This document shows, piece after piece, positions 26,272-40,900 of a stretch of DNA of 64,000 nt (its first letter is position 1; each line of letters begins with the position of its first letter). The translations under genes and the position numbers were made by a program. The stretch comes from Intoshia linei (taxonomy: Eukaryota > Animalia > Orthonectida), in NCBI GenBank assembly GCA_001642005.1, contig LWCA01000003.1:62001-126000 (forward strand), written 5' to 3'. The notes below the pieces were generated by a model, which saw nothing but the letters and a program-made list of their open reading frames with translations, was not told the origin of the DNA and ran no database searches.

Positions 26272-29200
26272 ATGTGGAAATTATTTTCAACAGACCCTCT
26301 ATCCAATTTTAAATACTCTCTCGGAAAATCCACAGATAAAGATATATTTACCACTTATGCTAATTTTTATGTATGCGAATGTAAAGAAAAGGTAATTTAT
26401 GTGATTCATTTTCTACTCTTTTGTAACGTTTAGTCAGTTGAAAAGTACTTTTTAAGGTACCTAGCGTTTGGAAATATAAATAATACAACTATGTCATTTT
26501 TTAATAATAACAACGAATTTTTTAGTGTTTTTTAAGTGTGTATTCATTGGGTTTTTGATCCGCTAGTCCAATTGTAAATGATAAATAAAATGATATGCTG
26601 ACAAAATGAATATATTTGGGTTAGTTCATGGGACAAAAAACTAGTTAATACTCTGGTATAGATCTTTTAGAATTTCATCGTGTTCAAAAATCAAAAAAGA
26701 ATATAATAAAAAAAACTTTTGTGTATTGTGCCCTATCACTATTTATTTCATTACAAAACTAATTTATTATTATTTAGAAAACTGGGCAAGATTTTACTGC
26801 TTTTGTTTATGAGGGAATCAATAAATCTGTACAATTAAAATTATTACTTTAATAATTATTTAGTCTGGAATTCATGCACTCTGTAAAATTAGATCAATGA
26901 GATACCCAGGAATTGTTCAATATGTCGACTCTTTGGATGTAATTTTTTCAATTATTTTTGTATTTTAAAAATAGAAAATTTAAATCTTTTAGACCAAAGA
27001 TGCTCTGTATATAATCACGGAAAAATGTGTTCCTCTTTATACATTTAAAAATGAAGCAACTGCTTATTGTTTAGAAAATGATGTGTGTATATTGGGATTT
27101 TACGATATAATGGTAAATATAAGGATTTGTAAAATAATGGAATTATGTTGACCATTATTATTACAATTTAATGTGAATTATAACGAGCTCTGTGGATATT
27201 GAGATGTACATTAAATTCAAATTTATATATTACCATTCACAAATATGCAAATAACGTTTTAAATGTAATCATCATCATTTTTTTATCTAGTAGAGCTTAT
27301 CTAATCCGATCTACTGTAATATGTACCGGCTATAATCTCAAATATTTTCATGGACCAAATTTTTTTAATTCGACTTCTAGATAGATAAGAAACGTTTTGG
27401 CGACCCTGTTTTGGTTTATTCATTAAATAAGTAATAAGTAACTACATTATACATTATAAATAAATAATATATTATCTTTAATTGTCAATTGATTTAGAAT
27501 ACCATCGAGTTTTTGCATAATGAATGTTCTCTTATTCATGGTAATTTTTTACACTAACTTAAAATGTTAATTTAAGTGGAGAACATAATCTATTTAACAA
27601 TTTTTTTTAAAGCTAATGAAGTTATGGGCCAGATGGCTCACAGGAAAATTTTCCATTTGTTTTCTAATTCAAAGAATAATATGTATAAAATGAAAAAAAT
27701 CTATTTAAAAGAAATTTTTATATGGGTTTACATTAAATATATCTTTTAGTAAAAATTTCAATAGTGATAAAAAAAATATATAATACTATACCAATTAGTG
27801 TATACCAGTAATATATCATAAATATATATAAACAATATATATACTAATAATATATAATATATACAATAATATAATAGTATATACCAATTAGAGCCCAGCA
27901 AGTTTTCATTATCTAAATCAGGGTGATCCAAAGCATGAGAAATTGTTTAGTAATATATTTTGTAAACATTGATTTACATAAATATTATAATTACCAATTA
28001 CCGTTAATTTAAATTTTTTAGAAATAATTCTGACTTTTTGGACTTATACTTGCCTTTGGACTATATTTTTTAATGTTGTGGCCCGTGAAATTTGTAAAAT
28101 TTATTTTTTGGCCTTCACTCATCATTTATTTGGAGTTCAAACGTTGCAACACCCTGATCTAAATCTTTGCTGTTTTGTTGGACTTTATGAAATTTTAGAG
28201 TAAAATTTATCTGGAAATAGGAAACAAGTTGTATAATTATATAACGATATACATGATTATTTCGATATAACTTTTAATATTCGGTCCATACTTAGGGGGT
28301 AAGTATTAGATTTTACGATGCGACGATTTTCTTTTAATTATTCGACTATCACTCCATAAAAATGATTGGGTCACACTGTTGTATATTTATATGTATATGT
28401 ATTTATCCGAGGGAACAATCAAAACAATGTACCAGGTTTTAGATCAGTGGCTCCCGATTGGAGGTCCATGAACCCCACGGGTCCAAAACTATGTTTCTTG
28501 GGTCCGTGAAATTCAAATAAAATATAAAAATATTTTTTTCAACTTTTGTTTAATTTTAGAATTTTTAATATTTATTACAGAGTGTCCAGATGTTGTGAAT
28601 TTACTCTAAAGCTAGACGACCGCTATATTATCATTTCAAAAATCCCCCTATTAATCCCACCATTAATAAAATTTAATAAAAAATACCATTTAAAACACTC
28701 AGGGAAAAACTTTTACTGATATTTTTTTGAAAAACACGATTTTACCAAATCTTGGAAGAAAAAACCTTTAATTTTTTGATAAATGTTATATATTTCATGT
28801 TTCCTTTGGGGTCCAAAAAAATAAATATTTTGAAATGAGGCTATACTGTTTGAATCTGGAACCATTGGTTTAGATCAATGTTTCCCAATCTTTTTTATGT
28901 TAGGTCCTACTTTTAATCTTAAAAAAATCTCAAGCCCCACTGAAAAAAAATTTGCCCCAATGGCCAAATTTTTTGCTTCTGATACAACAGTTTATTCACA
29001 AAAAATTATTAATTCAATGGTTACCTTTTATTAAAAACTAATGTTCTAATAAATTCGAAATGGAAAGCTATTGTTGTCGAAATTCGAGCGAATTATAATA
29101 AAATAGATTAACTGTATAATGTTTTTTTTAAATTCTAGAACTTTTTTCATTTTTTAAAAAAAGGTTAATATGAGGTTTTAATTGTGAAAATTGAATTTTT

Positions 29201-32159
29201 CGGGGTATATGATAATGCTTGTGATTTTAAAAACTATCACAGAATTTATATTTTATAAACTCTGCCTTTTTTTATTTTTAAAAAAAAGGGTATTTGTGGT
29301 TGTGCCCATGAAGGTGTAAGTTTCTGAGGCTGAGATTTACGACAAGCTTAATGATTTTAAAACGCGTCCTAGATTTATGTTTTTTGAAATTTTAGGACTT
29401 TTCATTTTTTAAATACACGCCAACACAGATTTAATTTTATATAAGTAATGGATAATGATAAAAACAATAATGATGTATTTATTTTTTAGAATTAACGAGA
29501 TGATTGAGCCTGAGGATTCTTACAGTTTTTCTTAATATTAGGAACTAATGTAAGCTTTAATTGTAGATCTTGTTTTGAAATTTCAAGTCAAGAGCATTAG
29601 AGATGTTAAAAATAAAATAATACATTAAATGCCTAGGGCTATGTAACACTACGCATCGTTTGTGAATTTTTTTATTGCTTATTTTTCATTTTCGAGTGGC
29701 CTTGAGCTAGGTAGGTTTGGCTATGCTAATATTGTTTGAATTTTGTGAGTTTGAATTAAATTAATAAGTTTTATATACAGATATTAATTTGACCGCTACT
29801 TTCCAGTTTTTAATGGTGAGTAAAATTAAAAATGATGTGTAAAATCTTTATTTATGGAACGATGGTTTAAAACAGGCATTCTTAACCTTTTTTGAACCAT
29901 CCTCAGATTAAAAAAATTAATCTAAAGTTTTCATAATCCTATAAATTCGTAATATTTTCCATGCCCCACCAAGTTTCCAATGTCCTATCAAAAATTTCGT
30001 CATGCCTACGGTTGAGAAACGCTGGTTTAAATGGAGTTCTAGGTTCAAAAGAAATTACATTATATAACTGAATTTTATCTTAATTGGCTAATATTGTATT
30101 TCATACATTTAGGCTATATAAACCCTCTGAGTGTTGTAATAGTAGATCAATACAAGTTCAAGCTGTGTGGATTTGACTACAGTCGCCCTAAAGAACAATC
30201 ACAAAGTAAAATTAGTGGATATCATCCCGTTTCAGATATATTTAATGTAAATAATTATGAAAATTTATTGTTTGGGGATATTATGCTCAACAAACACCTT
30301 TTACTGTATTCTGCTTCAAAGTTTATAAAATTACATTTAAACGTTAATAATCTAAAAATTGCCAATTTTATTAAAGGAGACAGTGTTGATAGGGTATGGA
30401 TTCAGATTTTATGAGTTTATTTTATTTTATCAACAGGTAGCGAGAATAATTCAATACATCCAAAGAACTTTAACAACATCCTATTTGTCTGTGGAATATG
30501 CAACTGAAATGGAACAAAAAATTTCAAAATTATTCATGTGCAATTATGAATCTTGTCCAAATTCAGTGGGCATACCCATCATAGACATTTCTAAGACCTG
30601 CGACCAATTTCAAGTTTTAGATTACCTAACTAAAAATGCATTTTTTGATCACGTTACCGAAAATTTTGATATTTTACCGTCTAATTTTCTAAAATATAAA
30701 ATTCTTAAAATTATTGAATTAGAAATCAAGTTTAATGCTTCTTCAATGTACCTTATCAAGTGTTTCTACAAGGTAAAAATGTTTATTGTGTTTTTGATAC
30801 AATTTAGATTATGAATCTTGAATTTTCAGATTTTGAATATACTAGCCAAGTTTTACCTATTTTAACCAAAATATTTCACATGTCAGATCGTATTATTCGA
30901 GTTGAATTGTTAGATCATGTTGAATTTTATTTTCCATTTATTTTATCATAATGTAGTTACTACACTGTAATGTGGGATATACGTCGAATAATATATATTT
31001 TAACAAAAATATTGTACCTCATCTTTTTCAAGGATTTAAGGATTCAAACAGTACTATACGAGAAAAAACTATATTTGTAAATGTTTTAAATGCAATTTCT
31101 TTACTCTTAATTAGCTAGATTAATTTAATTAATATTTATTTAATTAACTTAATTTCTTAATCTAGGTAGCTACCAAATTGGTCACACACTATGATTATCC
31201 CAATTTAAACGATAAATTTTTCAAATATCTTATTGGTCCTCTTTTAAAAGACCCAGATGTAATTAGTTTTATATTAAAAATATCCGTGTTTAGGTTAACA
31301 TACGACGAAACACATTAGTTTCTATCAGATACGTTGCTTCCAATGTGGATGCAAGTGTAATTATTTTTATAAAAATTCCAATTGTATATTTTATTAGTTG
31401 AGATCAAAAGTACTGGCACCCATCTTACTTTCGAAATTAGACGATGACCAACCGACAGTCGTACTGGCGGCGATATCTGCAATTTTAGAATTAGTTGAAC
31501 TTTTTTCTGTTAATCATTTGGCAACCCGTATCATACCTGGCTTATCACCATTGTTAATTAATCCCAACCTTGAAGTGAGAAATAATAGTTTTAAAGTGGT
31601 AAATCAAATAATTCAAGTACTGGAAGGCTTTTCTAAAAATCCTGCGAAACTTGTCGATTGGAGTAATGTACAATTTATAATATTTAATAATAAACTAGAT
31701 AAACAGTCAAACGTGCATTCAGGTGTTATTAACCCTAGTTGGTCTAAATGGGCACTTGATAGTGTTATGAAAATCAATGAAAAATTGTCCACCACGTTTA
31801 CGTCGAACAAGCATAACAGAAATACCGAATCAGAAGAATCAGAACCAAAAAAAGATATAAATCTTGGTGCAAATGATTTACCCGATTCTCTTGAAAAACA
31901 AAATTATATAAAAACAAAATTTAACCCACCTCCATCAACTGAAAATACGCACGAAAAAAAGAATATTAAATTAACATTAAAAAAGAAATATGCAAATATT
32001 CCGGAAGACGAAATTAAAATTGATGACTTTTGTCCAGAAATTAATGAAATTGATCAGAAATGGCCCACCTTTTCTATCGATTCGATAGATAATTATCAAA
32101 AAAATATCACTAAATCAAACGGAAAAGACAAAGAAATGGAATGGGGTAGAGAATGGTGA
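26272..32159 (+). CDS. SCYL1: SCY1-like pseudokinase 1 (N-terminal kinase-like domain + HEAT repeats)
   Basis: MWKLFSTDPLSNFKYSL resembles SCYL1 MWFFARDPVRDFPFEL; also KTGQDFTAFVYE, RSMRYPGIVQYVDS, FLHNECSLIHG, GFKDSNSTIREKT, and RIIPGLSPLLINPNLEVRNNSFK. Confidence 0.92.
27919..28156. mobile_element. Buster-type hAT MITE in the large SCYL1 intron
   Basis: Ends CAGGGTG / CACCCTG; perfect TSD atctaaat. Confidence 0.85.
28445..28867 (+). mobile_element. Composite Buster-type hAT MITE, directly abutting another MITE end at 28876
   Basis: CAGTGGCTCCCGATT / AATCTGGAACCATTG; TSD ttttagat/gtttagat; the next element starts CAATGTTTCCCAA right after the TSD. Confidence 0.85.
29873..30024. mobile_element. 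152-bp Buster-type hAT MITE
   Basis: CAGGCATTCTTAACC / GGTTGAGAAACGCTG; TSD gtttaaaa/gtttaaat. Confidence 0.85.
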
Positions 32160-32183
32160 AATTTATAATATTTTAATAAACAT

Positions 32184-35100
32184 TTATAAAAAACTATTCA
32201 TTACGGCATAATATAGTGCGGCAATATCTGAGTGGTCCGATATTTTAAAAAACGGCCAAACAATCTAAAATATTAAATTCAAAAAAATAAGATTACACTG
32301 ATAGTTTTTTCTTTTACATCTGGCTTTTTTATGCTTTAAAAATGCCCAAAAATGTAGTCTTCCTCAATTAATAATGATTTGATAATATTTACCCAGTTGT
32401 GAATAATAAAAGACTTAAAAATATCAATAATTTTTCTAGAAAATTATCAAATGTATTAGGGAATAATTTAGTTTTGTCTGGACAACTTAAAAATCTCAAT
32501 GGATATATGTAACCCATAAATATTGAGAAATTCGGCCGATAAAAGTAGAGAATAAAAAAATTAATACCGTTTTACTCACGACTTCTTCGTTCTTTTGCGA
32601 TCCTACTACAACGATATTTATATCATTGGCGTACTTTGCTTTTATTCTTTCATAACATGATTCAATATCTAAAATAAATTGATTAACTTAGTTTTGTATA
32701 AATTTACTTGATTTGTGATAGCTGTAAATGTTATCAATATCAAAATAATTTGCCAAATCATGTACCATAATTTTTGATAGTATTGGAATTAGTTTGTCTG
32801 AAGTAATGGCAATGTTTACGCAATTTTTTCTATGTATGAAATATATAGATATGAATTGTAAATTACCTTTTCTTTATAAGAGAAATTGATTTTTTCATGG
32901 TGCTCAACCTGGTAATAAAATTTTGAAATCAAAGTTTTTAATTGGTTTTCTTTGACTATTCTTGAAATAAAGGGATACTCAGAATCTTGTATTTTTAGAT
33001 GTGGAAAAGAAATTTTGGTCCGATTAGAAGACGGCTACGTGGTCATCAGGGCCATTGAGAGCCAGCAGTAGGCCAGGGCCAGATAGAAATTGTAGGCCCT
33101 TATATAAAAATTTATGACTGGACCCACAAAGGTTAAAATTGACGTCAAATTTTTAATATATCATGATATTTTTGCCCGGTCGAGTTATTTATAATAAAAA
33201 ATTAATAATAAATTATTTTCGACAACCACGATAAGCATTTTTCTACCATTACCTGATTTAGAATATTGGACCCGTCATATGAACCCTAACTCATTTTACA
33301 TTCCCTGGTTGGATGTATATCATTATTTGCTTAGGGCCATTATTTAAAAAATATATATTTACCACAATTCTAGATATTCATCCATCTGGGCCATTGTTTG
33401 TAACCAATTTGTGTATTCATTATTTGTAAAAAAATCTATTGATAAACTAAATATTTAGCCATATGAAAAAGAAACCTTGAGGATTAGATATAAAATTTTG
33501 ATACTTATTTTTAATATTCATATATCTGAGAGACAATTTTTTCATAAAATCAACACCATTTTTTGAATTTAAGGGCGATTCGTTCATATTCCTCATCCTG
33601 TCTTGAAAACCATCTTGTACGAAATTGTAAGAGGAAACGTTTATTTGACTTTCGTCCATTGTTACATCATTGATATGCATGTGATTGCAATTCTAGAATT
33701 TTAACAATTAGAAAATAATGAATTTATCAAATGATAAAATTTGATGAATAAATAAATACTGATATTACCTCTAAATCATCAAGAAATAGATATGTTCTAG
33801 CTAAAGTATAAGCTATATGTTCACACTTAATCGCCATCTCTCTGCATTGCTCGATGTTCTAATGCAAATGAAATAATTTACTCAATTATAAATTTACCTT
33901 ATTAAACCTTTGAGCATATTTAGCCGACTTCATAAATTCGAGTAAAACAAAAGTGTTGTCTACATTCCATATAAAAATTTGTTTAATTTTTTCTTCTGCA
34001 CCTTCTTCCAAAAGTTCGGCTTTCAACCCAGTTTTTTCTTCAAAATTAATTAAATGTAAAAAAATGTTACCTTTTTTAAGAGTGACACTATTTTCACTGG
34101 GAGACGACGCACTATGCGTCAATTGAATATTTTCTTCGTCAGCTATTTATTTTTATGAAAAATGTAAAAATTAAAAATCTTACCCATAGATGAATGTAAG
34201 ATTTTGTATTTGATGTTGGAATCGATACTATTAGCACCTTGCGAATATTGTCGTAACAAGTATCTATCTTGTGGAATAGCGTATGGATAATTACAAATAT
34301 AATTGGGATAAAATAGAGATGCGTCTAATATATTAAAATATATCATTGAAAATCATTACTAGTATTGGTAAGCGAAAAATTTGGTTTAGATAAATACGAT
34401 AAACCGGGAACTTGATTATAATTTTGATTAGGGTTTGATAATTCTCCAATATAATTCTACATTTACCATTTTAATTGTCAAACATTAATCTAACCTCTGA
34501 TATCTTTTTAACTTTCATTTTTTCATCCTCTGAAATATCTAATGATAATAAAATTCTGATTTAATTATGTGGATGACATCCAGTTAAGGTTTGAATATTG
34601 ATTATTAAAATAAACATATGCTAAAATTTAGTTGACTATAGGTTTGTCAACTTGATATTTGATACGGTATTAGATTACATTAACGTTATTACATTTTACA
34701 ATTCATTTACTAACGATTTTTTATCTCCACATTATACAAACATATGTTTTGTGTCAACATCATATTCATCACAAATTTTCACACATACATTAGTATATTA
34801 GTCATTCTAGTTAGTAAACGAAACGAAAATTAAAAAGACAATAGTTTGCTTCATTTTATGCATTTGTCATATTGATTCAATCTGTTATTAGATTTTACAT
34901 TTCTATAATCTCTTGTGACATTTTGTAAACGACATTGGATTATAATTTATAAACAATTTGTTTTAATTTCATTATAGCTACTATGCAATTATAATCTTAT
35001 TAATCTTTCAATTACGTACAAGTTCATCAACTCATTTTATAAAATTATCATGTAAATTCTAAATATCCCAATTAATCATAATTATCGTCTTTAAAAATTT

Positions 35101-37686
35101 TTTGCCATTTAAATGAATTGTTTACTCACATGCGTAATTTCTAAAAAAATACACGCTTATAATTGTAATTTAATACTATAAGTGTGTTAATTGGAGCAAT
35201 GGTTCATTTATTTCGTATAATATCACGAAACATTAACCTCTTTAGTGCTACAACCTCTCGAAATTACAAAAAATCATCAATATACACCGTTTTGTCAATT
35301 ATATAATTTGAGTTGATTTAAATTTTTAATATTACCGCGGATGTACTGAATTATAATTTAATGTTAATTATTTTTTCAATTTTAAAAAATGTATGATTAT
35401 GTGATTGGTGAAAAATGGGTAACGGACCAGATTAATGTGTAATAATTTGGAATACACGGTTTTACATGTTAAAAATACACTCTATTTTTTTATTCATTCT
35501 GTTATTGACCCATTTTGTATGAATTTATGAAATATATTTAGAAATATTTTTTACAAATGTAGTAGAAAGTACCCATCTATTTTAAAAAAAAATGTAAGTT
35601 ATCTCCGTTAATTGGAAATTTTAATTTTTTTAAAATTTGTATGCAATTGGTGTCACAAATCGAAATAGTTATTATTTGAGAGAACGTTACCTGGTTAAAT
35701 CTATAAATTTAGCGAAGTTTCAACATATATATTTTTTTCCAATTTATCAAAAAATAGTATACATTTGTATCGTGCATGGATATTGCATGGATACAATACA
35801 TTTTGAATTATTATGTGTCAGGGATTTAGAGCAGGCATTCTCAACCCTTTTTCAGTGTGAACCTTGTCAATGGTATTGAAAAAACTTATTATTAAAGTTA
35901 TTATAATTATAATTATTAATTAACCAAATTTTTTTTGATTCAACTGATTATGAGATATTTCCGAACTCGATGTTTAATATTTATGAAAATTATATATTTA
36001 TTACACTGTCACTTTATCTCAGTGAATCCCAAATTTGCGATAAAAATTTCCTCTTAGAACCAAAAAATTCATCAACGCCCCACTCTATATTATTATATCA
36101 TATTTTTTAAAATCGCCCCGTATGGGCGATACCACCCACTTTGGGAGCCCCTAGTTTAAAGAGTCAACTGGAAAAATATATTTAATATTTGAAAATACTT
36201 TTTATATAAAACAATTAAAACAAAAACAACAATGTGAAATTGTTGTAAAATTTTTGTTCATAATATTACTATTTTTGTGTAATTAAGGCTCACGAATAAA
36301 CTGAAAAGCTTCGTTAAGTGGTAAAGGAACCTGTTTTAGATTTTTTTTAATATCAAATTTATTTGAAATTGAATCTAATACTTTAATTTGAAATGCCTGT
36401 AATCTATTTTAATTTAACTAATATGTCAAGTTTGATACAATGATATATTTTTACTTTATGTCATGTTGTGTAATTTTTGAATTAGTTTGAGTTCTATTTA
36501 AAAATAATAAAAAATATTAAAAAATTATAAATTACCATATGATAACATATAGTACTGGAGAAGAAAATTCGGGAACGGTTACATTACGCGTAATAATTGC
36601 AAACTTTTCACATAAATATAATTGATAATGGCAGTTCAATTTATCGTTTAATTATGGCAAATTAAGTTAATTAAAAGTGACTTATTATCATTAAAAATGA
36701 ATTTTTAAATTTTATTTAGAAGCGTAAATTTAGGCACACGAGCCGAGACGGCATAAGCTATTAAGGATTCTTTTATTTAAAAAAATTATTTAATTTTCAC
36801 TTACCTTCCAAGAATTATACATCATTCTCCAAAAAAAAGTTGGCTTGAACCCAAGATTTTAACTTGGTAGTAGACGTTCATATTTTTTAAGTATTGTAAT
36901 TAACGGAAAAGTATGATTCTTCGAAAATATTGTATATATAAAAGGCTCTGGTATATTTATTTTTACTATATTGCTGTAAGAGCATGTTATACCACTGAAA
37001 ATTTTACCTATGGATTCGGCATGTGAATTTTGATTTTCCATATTAATGCAATTATTTTCAGATTCGTAAATTGAATAAAAACTAGGAAAATTGACTTGAT
37101 TTGTTTGTAAATTGGGATTTTCATTATATTCGCACATTTGATAATAAGAACAGTTCTCCATTGAGGGGTTTGGATTTTGTTCAAAATGAGTTTCCAAAGT
37201 GTCAACATGTTCTAAATTGCCCGAATGTTTTAGAATCTTATAGGGTTTATCAGAAATTTTGTCATTTATGTATCTGTAATATTTTTTATCGCTGTAAATT
37301 TTTGAATCTTCATATTTTGTCAAGAGCGAGTCTTCATATGAAATATTATGAGGTTTATCGGGTTCACATTGTGCCTCGTTTGACTCAGTTTGTGTGACAT
37401 CTTCCAAATTATAAAATTCACAATCCTTAGAGTCTGGTTTAAATTCTGCAGTAGCAAAATTGCCGTTCAACCACGAATTTAATGATTGTACATTTTTATC
37501 TGAATAATCAGAATCAAATTTCAGGGTTTCCAATTGTTGATAATCGTTTGTCTTGTATATGCAACCTTCTTCAGACTCTACCAAATCTTGAAATTGGTCA
37601 AATGTTGTATTGTTTGGTACTTCTGTTTCGTCTGAAGAACTGTGCATTTGATGCAATGTTGATTCTTTTTGAAATTCCTCACTCAT
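32184..37686 (-). CDS. EYA: Eyes absent (EYA) homologue with a degenerate phosphatase active site
   Basis: EYA-domain blocks: IFIWNVDNTF, TLARTYLFLDDLENCNHMHINDV, SYNFVQDGF, GVDFMKKLSLRY, CVNIAITSDKLIPILSKI, YFDIDNIYS, ESCYERI, WPFFKISDHSDIAALYYAVMNSFL*. The acidic ORF 37686-37008 is phase-compatible with the acceptor at 34538 and is inferred to be exon 1. Confidence 0.92.
35831..36152. mobile_element. Buster-type hAT MITE in the inferred EYA intron 1
   Basis: Left end CAGGCATTCTCAACC, degenerate right end TTGGGAGCCCCTA; TSD-like atttagag/gtttaaag. Confidence 0.6.
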
Positions 37687-37944
37687 AACATTTGATCATT
37701 TCAACTTGTTAAATTCAATTTGCTCTACTTGTAGTAAACGGATTCAGATGATTACATTGAAAACTAGATCAAACGAAGAATTAATTGGAGTGACTCAAAA
37801 ATCAAACTGCGGTAACTCTATTTTCAATACCACTGCTAATGTCTTAAAAAAATAGCATATAAAGTTTCCTCAAGTTATCGAATTTCTCTAAATGGCAGTC
37901 ATTAACAGACGAGTAATAAATCTCTGCCAAAAATTGACAAATCA

Positions 37945-40900
37945 TCACAAATTGGGCTTAATCATAATAAAATATAGTTTATTAATAATATAAACATCTA
38001 CACTTTGTATTTACGGAAAATTTCTTCAATTTTCTCTTGGGGTACTTGTATTAACAGACTAAAAAATTTATACATGAAAACATATTGAAACCTATCAATT
38101 TCTTTCAATTGATGTTGTAGTTTGCATTCTTTTATGAAACAATTTAAGCTAAAACTATTTACAGATTTCACTTCAATTTCTGGTAAAAATTCTTCAAAAC
38201 TACCACCCACCATACCATCGTTAGCATACAAGTTGCACAATAGTTCGTCATTATTCCAATTTTTTTTCATCTAATATATTATTGAATATAGGCTCTATTT
38301 ATACTTACCCATTCTTCACCATAATTATTAGTGATAAATTGAGTCATTTTTACTTTTGCATCTGAAAAAGGTAAAAAGATTAGTTGTTTTATTAATTCAT
38401 TTTCATATAATTTTCGACGTAATCTCCAATAAAAGAATTTTCTCGAGTTTTTCCATTCAATTATTCCCTAAATATACAATTCAAATTCAAACAATTATAT
38501 GCAATGCATATGAAAATTAACACTACAATAATAAGCAGTAATTTGAGACAAATAAAATAGTTTTCAACATTACTTAAATTAGATTTACAGATACGTTGTA
38601 TCCTATTAATAAAATATGTTTTCATTTATACACTATAAACATGGTACATTAATAATCTTGTAAATATTACATTTTATTTCCCAAGAAAACATTAAAATAG
38701 GTTCAAAATTAAAATTACGTTTATAACTTTTTTAGCCATCATTCTACCCGGCTTATCGTGTAAATCAGCAAACGTAACGGCAATTTGTTGGTATGTTGGG
38801 ATCAGGGAATTCTTATGGTTCATAATACTGTCATTTTCACATTCAGAGACACCTACATAATTAGTTATGACAAAACAATTAAAGTTAATTCATATTGTTT
38901 ACTACAATTTAGTGAAAAATTAAAATGCAAATTCAAAGGGGAAAAACAAAGTACGATTAATGCTAAAAAGTCAAAAAGCATCATTATTAAATTTTAAAAT
39001 ATTTCAAAATCCAATTGTTATAATTAAAATTGGGATATTATTGGATATTCCCGCGAAATAATATGGTTAATAAGTAAAATACTAACTTTTTTCTTTATCT
39101 ATTTTCATTTTTTTGATATGAGGATCCAAACGATCAATAAGTTGCATTATTTCACGCTCACGATATTTGATTGACACCATCCCTTCGGGTTCCAAAACGC
39201 TACCCCTAAAAATACAATAATGGCATTTAAATGAAAACTAACCGGCTGTTCTCGTCAGCATACATTTCCATAAAATCTGGATTAATGGAACTATCTAAGA
39301 CAACCCAAGCACCACCCCTAAGTTCCGAAAACGGCGAAAGGTAAACAAAAATCGGTTGTTTATATAATCGTAAAGCGTCGACAATTTTAGATCCAAATTT
39401 TAAAATTTGTTCATACATGTCCTTCATTCCTCCAGAAAACCCTCGCCAATTGGCAAAAATGAAAAGAGGCAAACGTTCACGGTTAAAGTCTAGTACAGTC
39501 TGAGCAGTTTTGAATGCTGAATCTGGAAACCACACCTGACCAGCATACGCCGTCTTTGTTTCTTCGGAATTCATATCCGCTGGATCTGCAGGGACTGACA
39601 AACTGATGGATCTAGTTTCAGTAATTATTACACCTACCGGTATACCACCTAAACTTAAAATAAAAAACACAATTGAAATTACAATTACCTAATCGAGCTC
39701 TACCACAAATAACCGTTTTCGCCCAATTATCCATAATTTCAATATAAGAATTATGATCAAAAATTCCCGATTGATAATCTTTTCCAGGAAGTTTTCTCCC
39801 AATCAATAAATGCCGAGGGTCGTATAAATTTTTAGTGGGTATAAAATCGATTTCTCTGTCAATTTGGTCAACAACATCCATTATAGGTAGAGAAGATGTA
39901 TTGTCGCACGGAATATACTAATTTTTAAAGTAAAACTTATGACCACTAAACTCTTTTTTCAGCGGCACCTTGCATGAGTTAAAAAAGTTCAAAATACCTC
40001 GCATCTGCCACGTTGGCGAACACTGATTTAAAGCTGATAAAAATAAATTTAAAAATTACCGATAACCATTTTAAACAAATGAAAATAGCATTTAAATCAT
40101 TTTCAGCGACTGCGTGTGTAACTCCATTATTGTGCATGATATGAATACCACCTATATAAATAAAATAAAAAAATTATAATGAATTACCCAGTTGATTATT
40201 GCTCGAGTAAACATTTTTTCCAAGTAATTTGTTTAAGGCTCCAAACCCAGTAAGAATGATGTGTGAATTTTCGACTTGAATGACTCTTTGACCTAACCGT
40301 ACGAGATAAGCACCAATACCAATAGATCGACAAGTCACAACACTTATTGTAACAATTTCATCGTATGCTTTAGACGTTTCAGTAGCAATAGTTGCAGATC
40401 CACGCAAATTTTCAATTCCTAATCCATCCTTGCTGCCTATAATATCCACAATTTTGAATTTCAAAAAAGGAGAATTCTCGGTTGGAGCAATTTTCTCTAT
40501 ATTTACAATGGACTTGTCTGGTAAAGAGTTATAGTCGTCTTCAGTCAGATATAAATATTTAAATCCCTTTTCAGGGTTATTTTCGTCAACCCACAAAACT
40601 TTAAACATATCTTTGAATTCGTCAGCCAATCCAATTCGAGCTCCACTGTTACAGGATAGATAGATTCTTGGAATTCCCATTTCGCGTGCATATTCAGAAA
40701 CTTTCAAGAAAAGTTCATCTTCTTTAAGACCAAAAGATCCAATTTCTGTTGTAATGTCATTAGCAATGACAATTATTGTTCTTCCATCAGGGTATTCGGG
40801 TGTTTTTAGAAACAATTTCCAAGCCACCATTCCAATAGTGTTGTTCCCATGTTCTCTTTCAATTTCGATAAGATTACCTTCGCTGTTAACAGTCAATTCT

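Noticed and set aside
26272-30200. Missing catalytic kinase motifs in SCYL1
   Set aside because: Expected: SCY1-like proteins are established pseudokinases.
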